Below are positions 27,402 through 42,800 of a stretch of DNA of 64,000 bases, piece by piece. Source of the stretch: Macrostomum lignano (lineage: Eukaryota). The first letter of the stretch is position 1. Each line of letters opens with the position of its first letter. The notes under the pieces are model-generated. The model saw only the letters and a list, made by a program, of their open reading frames with translations, did no database searches and was not told where the DNA came from. The translations under genes were made by a program, and so were the position numbers. The stretch covers positions 248,001 to 312,000 of the forward strand of contig NIVC01000807.1 of NCBI GenBank assembly GCA_002269645.1. Reading direction: 5' to 3'.

Positions 27402-29860
27402 AGGCAACTGGGTCAACTGGTCAGAGGTGCTAGGGGCGTCAGCTTGATGTCTATACTGACTGCAAGCACTATTTCAATGTTATTTCAAGGTCTTTTTTGA
27501 ACTTGGGAAGACGTCCATTGGAAAGGATAGATCAAGTGTTTCACCTTTAGTGTAATAGCGATACATTTTATAGTTATAAAAATGATGCAAGCAATGATTA
27601 GCTGTCCATAGTGCAGCCTATTTTTCTAGTAAACATATTTTAACAAATAAACCGGGCACATGTAAATGAGTACGCGATTAAGTTAAAGAATGTTTTGTTA
27701 ATGTCGGTTTGACGCGTTTGTTTCCCGAGATTTAATAATAAAGACGCATGGAAGCCCAGCTCGAAGATCGAGCACAATAGAGAAGAGCTCGGAAGCAACG
27801 AGTCAGGCACAGATGGAGGTGCGTTACGAAAGAAGAGTATAGTGAGTGAGAGAAGCAGAAAAATGCACAAAAGAACTACGGTGGCTACATTTTTCTTTAA
27901 CAATAGCAAGCTGAAGTTGAATGTCTTTTTGATGGCCCTAGCAGCTGCAGACTTTGCTAAACCCCACTCTAGGCTTATGTAGAGCTAGACGAAAAGAAAA
28001 GACATTTTATAGCTTTGTCAGCGCTTGCTGACTCAGTCTTAGTGCAGTAAGACTCAAGCTGTTAGCTAGTCCCCTCATTGATTCTTCCATTGTGCTTCAG
28101 AAACATTTTCTTCTCTTGCTTGCGCAGCCAGTAGAGGGCAGAGCTTGCTAGTCAAGGAGTCCTGGACAGGGAAATTGGATTGGAAGTGTCTGCCCGCAGT
28201 CTGTGATGGGTGAGAATTCCACACGCCGACCCTCAGTTGGTCCCGCGCTATTCGCCTATTAAAGTTTCGCACTGCCCTCTGTTCAGGTCTGCTCAAGTTA
28301 TTGCGTGAAAATTTGGGTGGCGCCCCTAGTGCTGCCGACTAAGCAGCAGCTCTCAATGCATACCAGAACGCGCCAAAATAGGCAGTCAGTCCACTTTCTC
28401 TCCGCTTTGGTAAATTTGCAGACATATTAATATTTTCTTGCAAATATTAATTACCAGTACAATAAGACTCCTATATGATTGGATTCAGACACGGAGAGGG
28501 GCCTATATAATTGGATTCAGACACGGAGAGGGATCAGACAGTGCTACTTTCGGTACTCTAATTGAACTTAAAAAACCTTGTGTTTGACGCCCTACCAAGC
28601 AACAGTATTAGGAAATAGAAGTGTCATATGCATAGGCAAATTAGCATTCTTAATACAGAATATTTTTCAGGGCAGGTACAAGGACAACTAGAAAGGGGGA
28701 CGGGAAACGTCTTAATTCATGCAAAAAACTTGAAGGCCTGTTCATTTCTACGTGTCCATGACTTTTTAGTGCTATTCCTATGGGCTATTAAATACATGAT
28801 CGCGAATGCAAATGTGCTGTTTAGGAAAATGGAAACAATTAGAATTGATATTTTGAACAGAAGATACAATACAAATACCGTAAAGTTATTACAACACGTG
28901 TGACGCAAAAATGATGCAACAGCATGTTTTAAGCAAGAAAGCTAAACGACTAGGACTAGTAAAATTTTACCCCGATCGCAACTTGTATCGTGAACAGTCG
29001 GATGCCGATTCTATTCTTGATGACTCTTGCCTCAACAGCGCTATTACAATGAGATGGATAAACTATTTGCTACACAAGTACAAGCAGAACTGGGTTAAAA
29101 TAGTTACTTAACGAGGCAGCAAAGAAATAACATGTTGATGGACTTATAGTCAACAAAAATGCACTTGTAAATTGATCGACAGCAGTTTTACTAAATACGT
29201 CGTATTGAAAACATCGGTCTTGGGTGTTTCGGTCTGCTTGTAAGTTTTAGTCACGGCTCGTGTATGTCACATGAGTGCGTATATAGCTATAGCTGGCAAC
29301 TAAGGCGCTTGTAGCTAAAATCGAATGCTACAAGCATGCGCCAAAATGCAGCCATAGACACATAATTACGCTATAATAGACACATAGACACAGAAATAAA
29401 CAGGCCTTCAAGCTTTTTCTGCATGAATTGAGGCGTTTCCCGTATTTTGCGTATCTATTCCAGGGTCCAGGGATCCAGGGATCCAGGTCCAGGGACCCTT
29501 TCCAGTTGTCCCTGGACAGGTATTGTCGCTTCGAACGGAAATTGCGTCTTGTGCATTATACATTATGCCAACACTGTTAAGCTCGCTCACCTTGGCACCT
29601 CTGAGTCAATTCTATACCGCACAGACTCTCATTCCTTTGATTGCATTCACAATGAATAGGGAAAAATACCCCATATCGGTACTGATATATTTTTGATACC
29701 GATGTTATTCATATTACAATGTGCCCCCTATATTATTAGCTAATCGGCTGCAGAGTACTGTGTTCATGCATAATTTTTCACCGCTTTGTGCACCAGCCGT
29801 GTGGTTTGTTAGTGCGGCAATTTGAATAGCGCCCATGGCAGCTAGAATTTGCATGTCTTG

Positions 29861-30339
29861 CAGAATTCGCCGGAGGCTGTCGGTTTTCGCTGCGAATTCC
29901 CAACATCTCACCTGCTGGACTTCCGAATTGCAGATGCAGCCAGCAGGTGTTTTGTCCGAGCTGCGCTCACAAGTTTATCAAGCTGCTTTTTCATGAACTG
30001 CTGCCGGAGACCGGCAAGCAAGCAAAGTTGCGGCGAAATTCCAGCCGCTCCTGTCTCTGCAGTGTTTTGTCTGGACGGATTTGTCTATGGCCAAACCCCA
30101 CTCAGCGCTGTGCTGTAAAAACTCCCAAATCTGTTAAGAAAACACAGCTGCATTTTGACTGCTTCTTGCTCCCCGATTTTTTCAATCTTGTGAGCGCAGC
30201 TCGGACAAAAACCTGCTGGCTGCATTCGCAATTCGGGAATCCAGAAGGTGAGATATTGGGAATTCAGTACTGCTAAAAACTGAAACCTTCCCATCTCGCC
30301 AGTGCATTTCGCATCGAAACCCGGCCTCCAGCGTAATTC
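29861..30339. mobile_element. MITE with long (about 100 bp) imperfect terminal inverted repeats
   Basis: Left arm ...CTGCTGGACTTCCGAATTGCAGATGCAGCCAGCAGGTGTTTTGTCCGAGCTGCGCTCACAAG is mirrored by the right arm CTTGTGAGCGCAGCTCGGACAAAAACCTGCTGGCTGCATTCGCAATTCGGGAATCCAG. A second copy lies at 2009-2363. Confidence 0.8.
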
Positions 30340-30466
30340 GCACGACTCGCGAGTGCAGCGTCTTACTTTAGTTGCTTGATTAGCAATCTACGCCCCCGTT
30401 GGGGAGCAAACAAAGATTGTAATAATTTTTTTAATAAACTACATGTAGCTTCTGACCTCAGCATTT

Positions 30467-30835
30467 ATATCTCAGCAATCCCCCCAAGACTTGACATCTC
30501 AGCAATTCCCCCAACACTTGACATCTCAGCAATTCCCCTAACACTTGACATCTCAGCAATTCCCCCAACACTTGACATCTCAGCAATTCCCCTAACACTT
30601 GACATCTCAGCAATTCCCCCAACACTTGACATCTCAGCAATTCCCCCAACACTTGACATCTCAGCAATTCCCCCAACACTTGACATCTCAGCAATTCCCC
30701 CAACACTTGACATCTCAGCAATTCCCCCAACACTTGACATCTCAGCAATTCCCCCAACACTTGACATCTCAGCAATTCCCCCAACACTTGACATCTCAGC
30801 AATTCCCCCAACACTTGACATCTCAGCAATTCTTC
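30467..30835. repeat. 27-bp minisatellite, about 13 copies
   Basis: Unit ATCTCAGCAATTCCCCCAACACTTGAC. Confidence 0.97.
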
Positions 30836-32717
30836 CCCATTTGGCCGCTCCATGTACGAGCGTATATCTATGGTTCAATGTAATTGTTGTTTCTTTGGCC
30901 CGGCCAAAGAAATTACCATCCGGGCCAGATAAATCAATGGACCGACCAAAAGATTAAGAAATATATTCTTTCCGAGAAGTATAACCGAGTTCTCAGCCGG
31001 GGGGTTGGATCAGAGAAGTGAAGAAAGGGAAAGAACTAAACTTCTCCCGAGCAAGCATCCCCCGAGAGCAAGCAATCTCTGGTAGGAACCATACTAGGGT
31101 TAGATGAAGTATTTCATCACTAATAGCGTGTGTCCTTCGTCAAGAACAAACCAAATATCTCTTTGGTTTTTAGTCTATTCTTAATTCTGATCTAAAATAA
31201 TTTCATTTTAATTACATTCTCGAGCTTGAGAACTTAAAAGAGTAAGAAGAGTAACATTAAACATAAAGTCTGTGATGTGCAAATTAACCACAAATTCAGA
31301 GCACGTTTTTGTAGAATCAACAGTAGTTTATTTCGGTGCAAGAGAAAAAAACGAAAAAAACGAAAAATGAATAACTTAACCCTCCCCCCTAGAAAGATGA
31401 AAAACAAGCGAACAATGGAGACTTAGCCACCCAACTCAAGGCGGAGTTCTTGCTTTGGTTCGCTAAGCGAAGACAGCCCGAGAGTTGCTGTGTCACGCTT
31501 GAAAAGGCTCGGCGGACCGATGCCCCCAGGCAATTAATCTGATGCACCGAAGAAAATTAACCCCCATCTCGGCAATTTTTAGTCTCTACTCTGGGTGCTT
31601 TGGATAGCCAGCAACTCCACAACTCTTAAGACCAAGTCTCAGGCAATGCTACCCTCAGGAGGGTTGACAGGATTGAAGCAATGTCGTAGCTTCATCGCAA
31701 TTAACTATGTTCTTGATGCCCCAGCTCGCAGTCTACATTTACTGTGACAAACTGGTCTCGCTAGCTTGCAAACTGAGGCTGAAAACAGAAATATGATGCT
31801 TCAGTACAGAGCTTCAGTACATTTCTTTATTGGCTTGATTTTTAATCTAAAATCGCATTAAATTGTAGTCAAAAGAATACATGTAGGTCAAGAAGTGTCG
31901 TGGAGCTACTGCTCTTTAGTAAAACTGCTTCTACCCTACAGTACGAGTACAGATCTGACTGAATGGGATTATTGACTACCAAGCGGCTAATCCCTGCCGT
32001 CTGCTTAGTAGAGCTATGCTCATATCTGGCTAAAGTGCTGTTGGAAGGAAGCGTCAGTACCACTGTAGCGATGCTCTCGCATTAGGGGTACGCCCAACTG
32101 CGCTCCCCATGCAGGATTGTGCGCGTGCGCCACTGAGTATGACTCATTGTCAGAGGAATTAGAACACGAGGGAGACTCCCGGGCTGCAGGCACGGTTTGG
32201 TACTGTCATACACATTGTCCGCTATAGACGTTCAAGTGCGCTCCCATTGTGTTTCTGATAAAGCTGGGTAGTTGGCAGAGGCAGGCGGCTCACCTACTGA
32301 GCGCACTGCTGCCGCCGCAGAGCCTGTGCGACCGCCCCTCCTCCCTGCCTTTGAGCCACCAGTTTTCTATTGCCCTTCTCATGTTGTCTCTCTCAACCCT
32401 TCTTCCACCAAAACAACAGTTACTAACTCTACCTCTCGCTCTCTCCTTACTGGACTACCCTCCCGCCACTAACCAACCCCTCTCCACAACCCAAGCCCGG
32501 ATAAACGCCAGTTCGAAGTCTGCGCTCGACGGCACAGCCAAAAGCTACCCTGCCCCCGTGGCTCCCACCGTCTTCAAATTTTAGTGTTGTTATCCACCGC
32601 TTCATCCAATATCTGCATCGGTCTATCTGTAAGTAGAGAAAAACTATCTGACAAAGAACGGCTGACAGAGAACTGGAATAGCTAAAAGCGATATAAATCG
32701 TGAAAGACGGCCACAAA

Positions 32718-33826
32718 ATGGCTGTTGGTAGTCATCCATCCGCGGTGAAACGTCACCTCTTTCTACTGTTCGTCACTATCCTGGCCAGTGGTCACCTTGC
32801 CGTCGCTTCTTCATCCACCCCAGCGTCGCCTGAGCAAAAGAGCGCGGTGGACTCGGTGCGACTGGAGCTGCCGCACAACACCCGCGTCGGTGCAAAGCTC
32901 TACCGGAATGCTCCGTGGCTGTTTGGCGTCGAACTAAACAACATTATCGACGGTTCTCACGAATGGTTCAGTCTAGTTAAGGACAAAGGCGACCATCACT
33001 TGCAGCTGAACGGCTATATTCACCGACTGGCCGGCCAGGTACTGCAATTGCAGCTACTGAGCTCGAAGACCCGTCAACTGGCTAAAAAGTTGTACATCTT
33101 CATCTCTGGCTCAGCTTCTCCGGACCAGAACGAGTCACCGGTACTAAAGTACTTGTCTGCTGAAGAGCGTCAAACCGAGCCTCCGGTGAAGACGCAACCA
33201 GAGCCGCAGTCTGAAGAAGAAATGAAAGCAGAAACAAAGCCGGAACCAAATCTGCCGTACATGCTGCCGCAGTTTCCTATTATTCCGGTTAGAAACAAAG
33301 GCCAGGCTCGGCCGGCAAAAACAGACGACGAATATCTAAACCGGGTCAAGCGCCAAGCTTCGCCAAGGACAGTTTTTCGCGCTATCGAAAGCGCGTCACC
33401 TGGTAGCTCTCTGTTCGATGTTGTGTCTACACCCAGCTCACGGGAGCGGTACATCTTCATGGTGCCGGCGCCGCATGAGCTAGAAATGGATCCGGTCACC
33501 AGCAAAGTTGTTCTCAAGTTAGACGAACAGCTGAGCTTTGCCGATAAGCCGAGTATCCTGTTCAGTGTTATAGTGGCAACAGCCAACTTTCGAGGAAGTA
33601 AGTTGTTGCATAAGAAGCCTGTTTTCAAGTATAAACAGCATATTAAAGGAGCTTGTTGATAATTTCGCCTGTTTCAGTCTACCGCGTGCTGGACTGCGAG
33701 CTCCAGGTGCAGAAGGCTCCATCGTTGAGTCCAGTTATCAGCAAGTACACAGACATGGCTTGGACCGTTTTATACCGCGAAGTCAACACACTAGACGGTG
33801 CGATGACGTATCGAATGGATGTAAGC

Positions 33827-33893
<67 letters not shown>

Positions 33894-36800
33894 AATATAA
33901 CCTAGTATTTAATATATTTTTGGTAAAATGTACTCATAAAGAGTTCTAAATCACTCCATTCTAACGGCCGTTTTAGGGCCATTTTTAAAACTTGGTGTTT
34001 CGCATTGTATTCTGATAACTTTAAAAGTAAGAATTAAAAAGTAAATGATACATTAATTCTTTACTCTCTAGGTATTTCTATTTGGTGTAGAGTAGCAGTT
34101 AAAGCATGGGACTCACGACTGAAAGGTCGGGGGTTCGATTCTCGACCCACTCAGAACAATTTGTGTCCTTGAGTGAGACACATTGCTTCAGTTCACCCAG
34201 CTGTAAAATGGGTGCCAGCATTAGCTGGGGTAATTGAGGCTGTGTGTGGCGACCCCCCAGTCCTTGGACTGAACAGCCGTACGCAGCCTTCAGATGCACC
34301 GCACAATAGCTGCGGCTGAGCTGTCGGTTGCACATCTGCCGATTGGGGCAGGTGAAATCAATTATTACTCTTGTTCTATTATAATATTAAACTCAGACGA
34401 ATGCGCAAGATTGCCGCAATAAATTTCACCCAGGCAAAGGTGCCCAGCGGCGAGGCGGCCAACCTCACTTACGAGTTCATCCCGGGCATGGAAGGTCGAG
34501 CCGAAGGTCGATTTCGCGTTGTTCCAGACTTGGGCCTCCTAGTCACCAAGGAGAACGAAGTTTTTCCTTCGAGGAAGTTCTACGATATGGGCGTTCGGGC
34601 GGTCAACCTGAACAGCAGCTCGCCGCTGACCAAATACGGCTACGCTTTTGTGCGAGTCTTCACCACCTTCCAGCCGCCAATATTCAGTGAAGACTATTAC
34701 CATTTCTATCTGAACGAAGAGACCGAGCCCACTACTAGGTGAGTTGTTATGGTTGGACTGCTCAGTAAAATTATTGTGAAAATTTGGTAGGATCATTTTT
34801 ACAAACATATCATTTGCTTCAGACGAGAAATCCATGGTATTCCATCACCCATGAACCCAATAGACAGAGAAATAAGAAAGAATTGCTCGCCTGCAGAGTC
34901 TATGGAAAAAAAACTCGCTAATACAGATTGGTGCGTCCCCTGTACAAATTCTATTGGCTACTAGAGTTCACTGAAATGTATCTGCCTGTCAGATTCAAAG
35001 GTATTAAACAGTTGATAAACAATTTTAACCAATGATTTATTTGGCAGAAATGTTCAGATGAACTCCAATTTTAATAATGCAAAGTAGGCCATGCAGGATT
35101 CAAATATCGGCGCAAATTCAATTCGCTTATCTTTAGACCTGTTTTTAATGAACTTTGTATTTTTTATAATTTTGCGTCAAGTCTACTAGCGTTTCTACTA
35201 CAACATTTTGCTAATTAGTATTGTAAAATTTTTTGCGCATTTTTTAAAATGATGCGACTAAAACCATAAAATTTAGGAAGATAAAGTGAAGAGAAATGAC
35301 AACAAACAAAGCTAATTCATTGACAAGATCAAATAATTCCAACAGGCATCAGCTAAAGTGTATCTGGGGATGCTTGCTATCTGGGGATGCTTGCTATCTG
35401 GGGATGCTTGCTATCTGCTTGCTATCTGGGATGCTTGCTATCTGGGGGATGCTTGCTATCTGGGGGATGCTTGCTGTGCTTGGGATGCTTGCTATTTCTT
35501 TATTGCATCTGCATCTTGCATTTGAGCAGTTTGTCTGTTTTCTTTGCTATCTGATGCTTGCTATCTGGCTTTATTTGCTTGCTACTGGGAGATGCTTGCT
35601 ATCTGGGGGATGCTATGATTTCTTTTTGCATTGCACTTCATTTGAGCAGTTTGTCTGTTTTCTTTGTGAAGGCTTTATTTGACTGTCTTTTTGTTACTTG
35701 TAGAGAACAGAGATTCTATCCAGATGCCCCTCATCGGGGGGCGAAGATTGCTAGTTCCTGCTTCTATTCTAGCTCTACAAAGCATTTCAAAGTTTAAAAT
35801 GGAGAGAAAAAACAAAAGCCGCTTCAACTTTCAGAATCGGACAGATCAGGTGCATGAGCATCAATAACATGTGGACAACTGTCACCCTGACATCGAGAAT
35901 GCGACCAAACGTTGCCGCCGCACTGTCGATGGACTCGAATGGAACTGTGTACTCTCGTGCTCGATTTGATTATGACGTGCCAAGCAACACAAAGATGTGG
36001 TTCTTCACCGTCATCTGCACCGAGAATGCCACCAGCCCGTCGCCCAGAAGCTCCGAAGTTGAAGTCGCTGTTCAGCTCGTCGATATCAACGACAACCGGC
36101 CCTTTTTCTATATTGACTACTATGTTAAGCCCACTTTAACTCCAGAGAGCACGCCTGTGAACACGGAGGTTTACCGCATTTCAGCCATTGACAGCGACTC
36201 GCCAGTTTATTCTCTACTCGAATACACGCTGAGCGGAACTAACAGCGACTATTTCAATGTTTCCCGCGATATGGAGACAAATGAAGCAGTTATAACTCTC
36301 ATCAAGTGAGCCGCTCAATTTTATATATTCGCAACAGCAATACACTTAGCCTGCGTAATTTTAACCATAATTTACTAGCACCTGTGACACACTAAAAGTG
36401 GGGATCGAACCTCGAGCAGGCACACCGAGACTGGTTTCTGGCTTGTTTGCCTTCGTCAGACACAGCCACACGACGTCCTCTCCCACCACTCATAGACTAA
36501 AAAGACGTTTCTTTTATGGCTATTTTTTCGGGCTTTGTGAGGCATTTTACGATTCTAATCTTTCGTCTACTTTATCAGTAGTCTAAATTGTATCTCTCAC
36601 AGCGCTTTCAACATTGTCTCTGGTTCAAGTTGGTTGGCTGTTTGTGCTGGTTCTGTACTTTTGGCAAATTGAATCGTAGAAAAATCCTACTTAGCGCCCA
36701 AAGTTTTGATTCAGTTTTAATATATTCTTCCATTCATAAATTGCAGACCAATGGACTATGAAAGTCTACCCAAAGGACGCAAACAGTATTCGTTTACAAT

Positions 36801-39800
36801 TTCTGTTTCCGACGGCGTCTCTGGTCCCTCTCGACGAGCGACATCAACTGTAGTCATTGGTGTACAGAATGTCAACGACAATGCGCCTTTGGTAAAAAAC
36901 TTTACCAGCGTTCTCGATAAGAACGCTCCGGCTGGTACTAACATAATCCAAATGCAGGTCTGGGATATAGATGGATCCGGCATAAATTATTATTTTTGGA
37001 CCGGCACAAGTACGCAAGCTTCTAAATAAAAAATATTAGATATATAAATTTTAGAATAGAACATATAATGCAAGATCTTCATTGCTTGCCTTTCAGCAAC
37101 TAGCAGCCAGTATCCCTCGGCCACCAACAGTTTGTTTGCAATCAATCAAGTCACTGGCATGGTATCAGTTAGCACAACCACTCTGATGGACCAGCGGAGC
37201 ACGTCTTACATACTGCCTTTTCGCGCAATCGATGACGGCACCTGCGAGGGTTGCCCAGCCGGAACTCAATTAACTAGTGAAATTGGCTACTTGACCTTAA
37301 ATGTTGTTGACTATACCGCTGTTGCTCCGGTCTTTACAAACTGTCCGAGAAGCTCTGTCAATTACACCGACGATGCAGCAGCTGGGACCACGCTAATGAC
37401 TGTGAGTCTTAGATTTATTTAGATTTATTTTGCATGCCGCTTGTGTTACTCGTACTTGCTTCTATCAAATAGAATGCAAACATATTTCAGATCAACGCAG
37501 TGGACCCCAGATCATCTGTTGCACTTATTGAATATGCTATTTTGACAAACACACTGAATCCTAATCCGGAAAGTTATTTTGTAGTTAACAAAACTACAGG
37601 TCTCATAACATCTAGCTCAAAAATCGATATTGAAGTGTCTCCATTAGTGACGCTAAAGAATTATTTTTGGCTTACCGTTAGGGCAATCAACATAATAAAC
37701 AACTTGACCGCATATTGCACCTTTCAAGTTTCGTTTGTTGACGTTAATGATCAAGTTCCTGTCTTTGACAGTGATTCGAGCATTACACGAGTTGTTGCTC
37801 AGAGTACTCCAACTGGAACAGTTGTCGGTAACGTGTGCGCTTTTGATCCAGATGTCCCCGATTCTCCTAAGTCAACTGTTCAATACTTCATCGTTAGTTC
37901 GAATCCACCAGTTGGAAGAACACTCTTTAGTATTTCCTCAGCACAAAACCTGGGAACCATATCTACTACTGCAAGCCTAGCAAGTTATCCTCACAAAACG
38001 AAGTTTGAGTTAACAATTGAAGCCAGAAATCCTGAGCCTATTGAAGTAGTAACGAAACCGTGGAATCAAATGACTTACACTATATGGATCTCGACTGACA
38101 ACAAGCTACTACCCCCAATTGTTGGTAAGCTGAACAATGCACCGGATTTTTTAGTTACCAGTATTGCCAAATGCAATTTAGTTACTAGTAATTGTCGAAT
38201 GCAATTCGCAAACGGACACCCATACTGCTGTTTCAGACACGAATCCTTCAAATTTCATCATCTCACTAAACGAATCAGTCCCTCCATCAACTGTGGTCAC
38301 CACAATGACTGCTAGATCACCAATAGGCGAAACAAGAACATACGAATGGCACGAGCCTACACGAGCAAATTACGTACCAACCAACAGTGCCTTCGATTTA
38401 CACTTTGGCCTGCGAAGTGAGACTAGCACTGCGTGCACCTCGAATACCTGCATTGTATCCGTGGCTGGACAGTTTGACTACCAGAATTACAACCAATACT
38501 ACGTGCGCTCGAGGGTTAGCTACAAGGATAGAGATCCAGACATTGGAGAAATATACACAGAAGTTTACAAGCGTGTAAACATTATAGACGTTAACAACAG
38601 ATGGCCTGATTTTGTGAATCGCCAGTATGTTAAAACTGTCCTTGCTCTTGAGAACTCAACTGTTGGCACAGTGGTAACGCAGACATTCGTTGTTGATCTC
38701 GACTCCGTTCCTGCATATAAAAAGGTAGCTATAATTCTATATGTATTAATTAAGCTTTATGTTAATTGACTCTTAACAGCAGGCCTTTTGCATAAACTGT
38801 TAAAAATTTCTATGTTGCTAAAATGTTGTGTCGTCACTTTTAGGTTGTGTTTTCCTTGGATCAAACTGTATCCCCTGATTATCGATACTTCTCTATCGAG
38901 AGTGACACTGGTATTATCAGAACTGCTGCAGCACCGTCCTTTTTTGATAAGGAAGGCAACCAGACCCAGTTCGAGCTGCAAGTGAACGCGAGCGACTCTT
39001 TCCAGTCATCTATAACCGGTGTCATTGGTCCAAATGCTAGTAAGTTTCATCTATAAATTAGCAGCTGCAAGTATTTACTGATACCGATGTAGAAAATCAC
39101 AAGGTATTACAAGCTGATCATCTTCACGTGTAATAACTATCGTTAAATTTCAGAAACTCTCCGATTGAGCGTTAGTGTAAAGGATATCAACGACAATCCG
39201 CCATTTTTCCCGAGAAGCAGCTACGCCTTTTCTGTTCGGGAGGACGTTCCTATCGACTATTCAGTAGGAATAATAAATGCAACTGATCCTGACGTGGATG
39301 ATACACTGCGGTACAGTATCGAAAGTGGCGACCCGAAGTATGAGTTCATGAGCATTGTGAACACGGGAGAAATAAGAGTTGCAAAGGAACTGGACTTTCA
39401 CGTAACATCGGTGAGAAACATGCATTCAATTTAGAATTCTTTACTTTCTTGGGTAACAAAAACATCATTAAAAATATTTCAACAAAATGAAACCTTTTAG
39501 TTTTACCAGCTGATTTTTACTGTTACCGATGGGCGAAATACCGGAAAGACTACCGTAAATGTGACGATCATTAATGTCAACAATCAAGCGCCAATTTTTC
39601 AGCCTGGAAGCTTTTACAACGTCACAAATGTGACGGAGAACGCCCCTGCTGGACCAATATGGACGGTAAGATTTTTAACATTCTGTAATGAAAATAACGT
39701 CTATATATGCATTTACGTTACAACCACGGAATTCGATTACTCTGATGGAGATCTTTAAGTTTGAGTTCGCTCTTATTCATATAATAACAAATGGTGACCA

Positions 39801-42800
39801 AGTCCAAAGAACAATTCGAACAATTAAAATTGCAATTTTTTCGATCAAAACCAGAAGTTGCATGTAAAACGAAGCATAGCGATTCTTTCATACGAGCCAA
39901 TTAAATAATTTAATTAAACTCCAATATATTTACCATTCTAGGTCTCTGCCATTGATAAGGACAGTCCTTCAGTGACGTACTCTTTGTCAGGAAGATGGAC
40001 TACAGCACCAACAGCCTACTTTACCGTGGACCCTAGCACAGGTGTCATTTCTACCACGCGTCCACTAGATCGCGAGGAGCAGCCCGTATACAGGTTTAAC
40101 GCACTTGCAACAGACGGCGAGTTAATTCGTTATGCTCAAATCTTTGTTTGGCCCGTTGATTTAAACGATAATCGACCAACTTGGAATTTTACAAGCCTCC
40201 ACGGCTATCTTTACGACAACTCCCCAGTAGGAACTAATTTCATGCGCATATCCGTTATTGATGCGGATATCACGGGTACGATTGTCTATGCTTTATTACC
40301 AGTACCTAACAATACCGATACTTCCGAATATGTAACTGTGAGTGGCACTGGTGAAGTTGTTACAACCGCAGCTCTGGGCCCGGCAGACAAGGAAAAGCTT
40401 CCACCAAAGGCCCCGCGGGGTATTTTTACTTTCCTTGTTACGGCAACAGATGGAGTTGGGACGCCCATAACTGGTACAGCATCAGTAACTATTACCGACG
40501 TCAATGACAACGCTCCAGTCTTCGACAGAACTACTTACTCAATAGATATTCCCGAATCAACGGAAATTAATGACAATGTTTTTACCGCCGCAGCTACTGA
40601 TGTCGATGAAATCGACTTTGGGCGACTCCGATACACACTACCGGATAACCCACCGTACTTTAACATCACAAACATTCCTACTATCAATGGCGGCGCTGTT
40701 TTACTCGCGAAAGCATTAGATTATGATGACGCATCTGTGCCTCGATCGTTTTCATTTCGGATTGTAGTTATCGACAGTGCACCACCGCCATTCTCAGCGA
40801 CCTGCACTCTTAGCATTAACGTTATTGATGTCAACGATAATACTCCTGTCATTACGTTTAATCCAAGCTCGTCTGTAACTAAGGAGGAAGGTCCGAGAAG
40901 CATGGGTGTACTCGTCTCTTTTACAGCTACAGATGCGGATCCAACAGATAGAGTTCTTATATTTTCAATTCTATCTGAATCCGATCCGTATGGAAATCTA
41001 GAGATTACTGGAGTCACGGGCACATCCGGTACTATTAATGTCCGGTTGGCATTGGATAGGGAGGTCTGGAATCCGGCAAGCACAGCTGATGCCGTGCACA
41101 TGTATGTGCTCCTGGCTTCTGACCAGCGGGGCAGAACAGGCACGGCAACTCTCACAGTGACTATAACGGACATCAACGACACGCCACCTACTCTGGCCCT
41201 ACCAAACACTGTAATGATCATGGAAGGAAGTGCTGTTGGCACTTTTGCCACGCCGTCAGGGCTCACTGCTGTGGATAGAGACAAGGACATCAACGGAGGG
41301 CCATTCACATACACACAGGATATGGCTGCCGGCAACAATTGGACTGGAAGGTTTGCTCTTCAATTAACTGGATCAGCATTCAACATTCAGGCTGCCAAGG
41401 TTTTAGACCGAGAAACTGATGGAAAGATTTTTCTTCTTAGTGTGCTGATTACGGACAGGGGTGGTCTAACTGGCACAGGGACAGTCACAGTAATCGTCGG
41501 AGACGCCGATGACAATCGAATGGTGTCGAATGGGCATAAGCAAGTATACGTCTATATTTACGAGGGAAACGAGGACTACTGTAAGTAGCAGCATTAGTTT
41601 AGATTTTAAATATGATTGAAAAAGCTACATAGTCTTCTAAATGATAAAAATTGCTAAACCTATTTTACAGGGTTCAACAATGCTACTCGCATAAGCCTTG
41701 GCTTTGCATCCGTAATTGATGCCGATGATTGGGATAGAACAACTAAAACATTCTCGTTTTTGAACAGTACCTCGTTTTTTGAGTAAGTACACTTCCAAGA
41801 ATTTTTTAATTCTTCTCAAAGAAAATGATAGTATTTGCACGTTTGCAAATACAGAAGAAGATTATTTTCACTGGCAATTGTTTTAGCAACTTTAAATAAT
41901 TAAATAATACAGTACAGAAAATAGGATACGGCGTACCGAAATCTTTGTTTTATTGAACTGTTTTAGAACGTTACTAAATATATCTTTTAGGTTAACAAGC
42001 TCTGGAGAAGTCTTTTTGAAAGGAGGTTCACCAGCAAGAAACTACACACTTGATATTGAAGTTAAGGATTCGCGTGGTGACACCGCATACAGTCAGTTCG
42101 TTGTCACTGTAACAGTTCTACCTGATGACGCGGTCGTAAACTCTGGTAGTATGGTAATTGACAACATGGACGCCGAAACCTTTGTCCAGCGATTGGCGAT
42201 ACCTAGTACGCATAGCCTAACCAAAGGCACTTTTCCTGATTACTCGTTCTCCGCGTACGACTATCTAAAATGGAATTTATCCAACGTGCTTGGCACTACT
42301 TTTGATAAGACTCATATTTTTTATGTGGCAGAACTACCCAGAACTCGCAGTATTATCGTACGATTTACCGCCATGGGATCACCTTACTACTTTTCGACTC
42401 GGCTCTCCAGCTACATTGCTCTTAACAGGGAAGTCATCGTCAGAACTCTAGCAAGTTACCGAGCGAGTATTCGCATGCTGCCTGTAGATCAGTGTCGACT
42501 GGAAAGTGATGGTTTGCCGACTTGCAGAGCTGGATGTCGCAATCGAAAAATAGTTGCTGGAAAAGATCATGTCCCCCATGTTTTCAATAGCACCGCACTC
42601 ATAGGCATTAACATCACTACTGCGGCTGGTTGTGGCTGCACTCTTCCTGCGAAGATTATGCCTACAGTTTGCACATATGGCACCTGTCTACACGATGGCA
42701 ACTGCACGGACATCCCAGGGTCACATTCCTATACTTGCTCTTGTCCTGCCGGACACGAGGGCCCGCGATGCGAAAAACTAAAAGCGGGTTTCACAACTGA

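Noticed and set aside
28628-29111. Short AT-rich ORFs as an enzyme or transposase remnant
   Set aside because: No recognisable motif, and frames are interrupted by multiple stops.
30376-30957. ISAIPPTLD repeat ORF
   Set aside because: A 27-bp minisatellite open in several frames, with no gene structure.
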